From positions 1 through 30,253 of the forward strand of contig CALGPD010000205.1 of NCBI GenBank assembly GCA_937960625.1: a DNA stretch of 30,253 nucleotides, written 5' to 3'. A model generated the notes under the pieces. The model searched no databases and had not been told where the DNA came from. It saw only the letters and a program-made list of their open reading frames with translations. Below, one piece after another: positions 26,348 to 30,253 of this stretch; within the stretch, counting starts at the first letter, position 1; every line of letters starts with the position of its first letter. Both the position numbers and the translations under genes were made by a program. This DNA comes from an uncultured Spirochaetia bacterium (GTDB taxonomy: Bacteria; Spirochaetota; CALGPD01).

Positions 26348-27031
26348 ATGAAAAAAAAGATTCTCGTTATCGAAGACGAAAAAGGCATTGCAGACAACGT
26401 AATATATACCCTTGAAACCGAAGGCTTTATACCTACATGGGTTATTACCGGTGGACAGGCACTTGAAAGTATTCAGAATGAAAACTATTCGTTAGCTTTA
26501 TTGGATATTGGATTACCTGATATCAACGGTTTTGAATTGCTAAAACAAATTAAAATTTTAAAAAACATCCCGGTAATATTTCTAACAGCTAGAGATGAAG
26601 ATATTGATAAAGTTGTGGGCCTTGAGATAGGCGCTGATGATTATATAACCAAACCTTTCAGCCCGCGTGTATTAACAGCGCGGATAAAAGCAGTATTACG
26701 CCGGGTTAATCCTGAGGATTTCGCTAACGAAGAGAACGCAAAAATTTTTCTCGTTGATATTAACAAAAAGCAAATTTCATATTTCGGAGTTCCATTGGAA
26801 CTATCTCAATATGAATATAAAATTTTAAAACTGCTTTTAAGCAAACCCGGATGGGTATATTCGAGAGATAAAATAATGGAAATAATATGGAATAATCCCG
26901 AAGAAATTTTAGACAGGACTGTTGATGCTTATATAAAGTCTATCCGCGCCAAACTAAAAAAAATACAACCTGAAATTGATCCCATAAAAACGAAAAGGGG
27001 TTTTGGATATTCAATAAAGGAAAATATATGA
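26348..27031 (+). CDS. OmpR/PhoB-family response regulator (REC + winged-helix), CreB-like
   Basis: KILVIEDE, LALLDIGLPDINGFEL, IFLTARDE, GADDYITKPF. C-terminal winged helix: YEYKILKLLLSKPGWVYSRDKIME...VDAYIKSIRAKL. Confidence 0.9.
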   Translation: MKKKILVIEDEKGIADNVIYTLETEGFIPTWVITGGQALESIQNENYSLALLDIGLPDINGFELLKQIKILKNIPVIFLTARDEDIDKVVGLEIGADDYITKPFSPRVLTARIKAVLRRVNPEDFANEENAKIFLVDINKKQISYFGVPLELSQYEYKILKLLLSKPGWVYSRDKIMEIIWNNPEEILDRTVDAYIKSIRAKLKKIQPEIDPIKTKRGFGYSIKENI

Positions 27032-28470
27032 AATTAAATGTCCGTATTATTCTTGCAATTTCAGGCGCAATTCTTATAATATTTTATTTTTTCACCGACA
27101 CAATTCTGAATAAAATTAGCCCGTCCTATCAAAGCGCGGTTGAAGAAAGCGTTAATGATACTGTTCATTTGCTTGCTTCATTTCTGGAAACGCAAATCGA
27201 AAAAGAAAAGATAAATACCCGGGCGTTAGAAAAAATTTTTAATAAAGCAATGAAAAGAAAGTTTCGTGCTAAAATTCATGATCTTATAAAGGAAAAAATC
27301 AGCTTATCCGTTTACGTTGTAAATAAAAAAGGAATAGTAATATACGATTCAAACAAAAGTTTATTTTTAGGAAAAGATTTTTCCCGTTATAATGATATAT
27401 ATTTATGCTTACAAGGAAAATACGGCGCAAGGTCTTCTTATATATTACCCGGAGATGAGAAAACAAAATCACTTATTATTGCGGCGCCAATTTACAGAAA
27501 CAAAAAAATAATCGGAGCAGTAAGCGTTGCAAAAAGAAAAACTAATATCAGGATTTTCATACGATTCACCAAAATTAAACTCATTCTTGCAAGCATATTA
27601 TCGTTATCTCTTTTGATACTCGTTATTATTTTTCTTTTATTCATTATTACGCGGCCGATTTCTAAACTTAAAAACTATGTTAAAGAGATTAAAAAAACCG
27701 GATCAGCAAAATTCCCAAAACTAGGAAATACTGAAATAAAAGATCTTGCTTTGACATTTGAAGATTTAAGAATTGAATTGGAAGGCAAAAAATATATCGA
27801 GCATTATATACAAAATTTAACTCATGAGCTAAAGAGCCCTTTATCTTCTATTATAGGCGCTACTGAAATTTTATGTGATGATATGGACAACAAAACCCGG
27901 GCTAAATTCAACAATAATATAAAATCCGAAGCGAGAAGGATTGAAAAAATTATAAACAAAATGCTTAATTTATCTAAAATTGAATCCGCAAGGGAACTAA
28001 CAAAAATTGAAAAAATATATGTAGATAATTTAATAAATGAAATAATCAGCGGTTTTTTACCTCAAATTGAAAAAAGAAACTTAAAAGTTGAATACGATAT
28101 TAATAATAATTACTACATTACCGGAGAAAAATTTTTAATACGGCAAGCTATAGCAAACCTTATCCAAAATGCCATAAACTTTTCTCCGGATAATTCCGTT
28201 ATAAAAATTTTTGCCTTTAAGTCAACAGATTACATAAATATTCAAATAATCGATAATGGAAAGGGAATCCCGGAATATGCGATTAATAGAATTTTCGATA
28301 AATTCTATTCTATCCCATTAAATAAAAAAGAAAAAAAAGGTACGGGTTTAGGGTTACCATTTGTAAAGCAAGTGGCGATACTTCACCAAGGCAGCATTAA
28401 TATAAAAAACAACGAGGGAACCGGAGTAACTGCTGAATTAATACTACCTGTAAATCAGGGGCAACCCTAA
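27028..28470 (+). CDS. Sensor histidine kinase (2 TM, periplasmic sensor domain, HisKA + HATPase_c), partner of upstream regulator
   Basis: The ATGA start overlaps the regulator stop. The N-terminal TM is followed by about 150 aa periplasmic region, then a second TM (ILASILSLSLLILVIIFLLFII). H-box LTHELKSPLSSI, N-box IQNAINFS, G-boxes IIDNGKGIP, GTGLGLPFVK. Confidence 0.9.
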   Translation: MKLNVRIILAISGAILIIFYFFTDTILNKISPSYQSAVEESVNDTVHLLASFLETQIEKEKINTRALEKIFNKAMKRKFRAKIHDLIKEKISLSVYVVNKKGIVIYDSNKSLFLGKDFSRYNDIYLCLQGKYGARSSYILPGDEKTKSLIIAAPIYRNKKIIGAVSVAKRKTNIRIFIRFTKIKLILASILSLSLLILVIIFLLFIITRPISKLKNYVKEIKKTGSAKFPKLGNTEIKDLALTFEDLRIELEGKKYIEHYIQNLTHELKSPLSSIIGATEILCDDMDNKTRAKFNNNIKSEARRIEKIINKMLNLSKIESARELTKIEKIYVDNLINEIISGFLPQIEKRNLKVEYDINNNYYITGEKFLIRQAIANLIQNAINFSPDNSVIKIFAFKSTDYINIQIIDNGKGIPEYAINRIFDKFYSIPLNKKEKKGTGLGLPFVKQVAILHQGSINIKNNEGTGVTAELILPVNQGQP

Positions 28471-28482
28471 TTTTTTCCGCAT

Positions 28483-28498
28483 TTCACACAACCTTCAC
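28483..28498 (+). promoter_or_regulatory. Direct repeat TTCAC-n6-TTCAC (cre-tag-like OmpR-family regulator binding site candidate), 55 bp upstream of the radical SAM gene
   Basis: Seen: TTCAC(28483-28487) ACAACC TTCAC(28494-28498), followed by a third half-site-like TTTCA. It sits in the 83-bp gap between the HK stop and the rSAM start. The E. coli CreB consensus is TTCACnnnnnnTTCAC. Confidence 0.4.
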
Positions 28499-28553
28499 AT
28501 TACTTTCATTTAAATCACTTAGAATCTATCTAATTATATTTTAGGATTAATAA

Positions 28554-29984
28554 ATGAAAGTAAAATTTATACTACCGGCTTTAAAAGAAGCCAAAAGCCC
28601 TTTTTGGAGGCCAATAAAATATTCTCTTTTCCCTCCCCTGGGATTAGCTACTCTAGCAACGTGGCTTAATGATGAATGTCAGGCAACTATTGTGGATGAA
28701 CACGTTCAGGAGTTAACTTTTGAGGATAAACCTGATTTAGTAGTTATTCAGGTTTACATAACCAACGCAAAACGCGCATACTGCATAGCTGATATATACA
28801 GGGCAAAAGGGAGTTATGTTATTCTCGGTGGTTTACACGTTACCACTTTACCTGAAGAGGCGGAAAAGCATGCCGATACGATATTTTTAGGGCCTGGAGA
28901 AGACACTTTTCCAAAATTTTTAAAAGACTTTAAAAATAAAAGCACATTGAAAAGGTATTACTCAACACAAAGAACACTTGGTAATTTAAAACTTCCCAGA
29001 AGGGATTTAATAAACCGGGATTTATACTTTGTACCTAACTCATTGGTTATTAGCAGGGGTTGTCCGCATAATTGCAGTTTCTGCTATAATAAATCATTCT
29101 ACAAAGGCGGAAAATCTTTTTATACCCGCAGGATTGACAAAGCATTAGAAGAAATAGAATCTTTACCCGGAAAACATTTATACTTTCTTGATGATCATTT
29201 ATTCGGTGACTCTAAATATATCAAAGAGTTATTTTTTAGTATGAGAGGCATGGATAGGGTTTTTCAAGGGGCTGCCACAGTTGAGTCAATATTGAAAGAT
29301 GATACGATTAATCACGCTGTTCATGCAGGATTAAGAAGCCTTTTTGTGGGTTTTGAAACGTTATCTCCGGAAAATTTAAAAAGCGCAAATAAAAACCACA
29401 ATCTAGGTAACGATTACAAAAAAGCCATAGAAAAACTGCATAGTTTAGGTGTAATGATTAACGGAAGTTTTGTTTTCGGCCTTGACAATGATGATAAAGA
29501 CGTTTTTAAGCGGACAGTTGATTGGGCCATAAATAACGGAATTACCACAGCCACTTTTCATATATTAACACCGTATCCCGGGACTACACTTTTTGACCAA
29601 TTACAAAGGCAAAACAGAATTTTAACAACGGATTGGGATTTATATGATACAAGGCACACTGTTTATCAACCGGTAAAATTATCAATACAAGAACTTGAAC
29701 AAGGGTATAATTATGCATATAAAGAGTTTTATAAATGGAAATCTATTTTTAAAAACGCCAGAGCTCATAAAAGTTTAAAATCAACACTTAAAAAATTCGC
29801 ATATACAGCAGCATGGAAAAAATTCGAACCGGTTTGGAATTTTCTTATAAAGACCAAATCGCTTAAGTATATAAGGCCTTTGCTTGAAAAAGTTTTACAT
29901 ACAAATAAAAAAACTAATAAAAAATCAATTGAAGGTAATTTAAAACCTTTAGCGGAGGATAACTATTATGAAAAGGTTGTTTGA
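28554..29984 (+). CDS. B12-binding domain-containing radical SAM enzyme (class B rSAM)
   Basis: N-terminal cobalamin-binding Rossmann-like region (DLVVIQVYITN...ILGGLHVTTLPEE). Radical SAM CxxxCxxC as SRGCPHNCSFCYNKS, followed by the TIM-barrel half. Confidence 0.85.
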   Translation: MKVKFILPALKEAKSPFWRPIKYSLFPPLGLATLATWLNDECQATIVDEHVQELTFEDKPDLVVIQVYITNAKRAYCIADIYRAKGSYVILGGLHVTTLPEEAEKHADTIFLGPGEDTFPKFLKDFKNKSTLKRYYSTQRTLGNLKLPRRDLINRDLYFVPNSLVISRGCPHNCSFCYNKSFYKGGKSFYTRRIDKALEEIESLPGKHLYFLDDHLFGDSKYIKELFFSMRGMDRVFQGAATVESILKDDTINHAVHAGLRSLFVGFETLSPENLKSANKNHNLGNDYKKAIEKLHSLGVMINGSFVFGLDNDDKDVFKRTVDWAINNGITTATFHILTPYPGTTLFDQLQRQNRILTTDWDLYDTRHTVYQPVKLSIQELEQGYNYAYKEFYKWKSIFKNARAHKSLKSTLKKFAYTAAWKKFEPVWNFLIKTKSLKYIRPLLEKVLHTNKKTNKKSIEGNLKPLAEDNYYEKVV

Positions 29985-30253
29985 CATACTAATTTCTTTA
30001 ATAGGAATCATTATATTTTCCCCGGTAATGATTCTTATTTGTATATGTATTTTTCTGGAAGATAGAAAAAATGTTTTTTTCAAACAAAAACGTTTAGGAA
30101 AAAATAAGAAATTTTTTAAAATATTAAAATTCCGTTCTATGCTTGACAATAAAGTAACTAAAACGGGTAAAATCCTAAGAAAAACCGGACTGGATGAAAT
30201 AGCTCAATTTTTTAACGTTTTAAAAGGTGATATGAGCATGGTAGGCCCTAGGC
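29968..30253 (+). CDS. Bacterial sugar transferase (polyprenyl-phosphate hexose-1-phosphate transferase, WbaP/WcaJ C-terminal-domain type); C-terminal end lies beyond the window edge
   Basis: RBS GGAGGA lies 8 nt upstream. MKRLFDILISLIGIIIFSPVMILICICIFLEDRKNVFFKQKRLGKNKKFFKILKFRSM...GDMSMVGPR is the conserved PF02397 core. It overlaps the rSAM stop by 17 nt. Confidence 0.85.
   Translation, partial: MKRLFDILISLIGIIIFSPVMILICICIFLEDRKNVFFKQKRLGKNKKFFKILKFRSMLDNKVTKTGKILRKTGLDEIAQFFNVLKGDMSMVGPR

Overview
This is an AT-rich (about 30% GC), densely coding bacterial chromosomal segment with roughly 27 intact genes and one decayed pseudogene. I found no rRNA, tRNA, CRISPR or IS element. Gram-negative hallmarks are present: a kdsA-kdsD Kdo/LPS operon, a predicted outer-membrane protein, and a sugar transferase. 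Housekeeping genes (a DEAD-box helicase with a DbpA-like C-terminus, murC, kdsA-kdsD, nadA-nadC) are interleaved with an unusually rich set of signalling genes. One is a three-gene partner-switch-like operon: REC-PP2C phosphatase, a small unknown protein, and a REC-GHKL serine-kinase-like protein. It lies directly upstream of a giant LRR + WGR protein. There is also a REC-PilZ protein, an orphan CheX-like phosphatase, and an OmpR-family two-component pair whose downstream intergenic region carries a TTCACn6TTCAC (cre-tag-like) direct repeat in front of a B12-binding radical SAM + sugar transferase operon. A multi-PAS sensor histidine kinase has decayed into a pseudogene through two TAG nonsense codons and at least three frameshifts. 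The most interesting locus is a full-length GshB/RimK-clade ATP-grasp ligase followed by (and possibly overlapping) a fusion protein with an N-formylglutamate-amidohydrolase-like domain and a DUF1704/MATCAP-like domain (HExxxH and QEGLA motifs). I read this pair as a candidate peptide/protein C-terminal amino-acid ligation and trimming system, analogous to the tubulin TTL/MATCAP cycle or RimK, rather than plain glutathione synthesis. All calls are from reading the translations and DNA. No database search was run.
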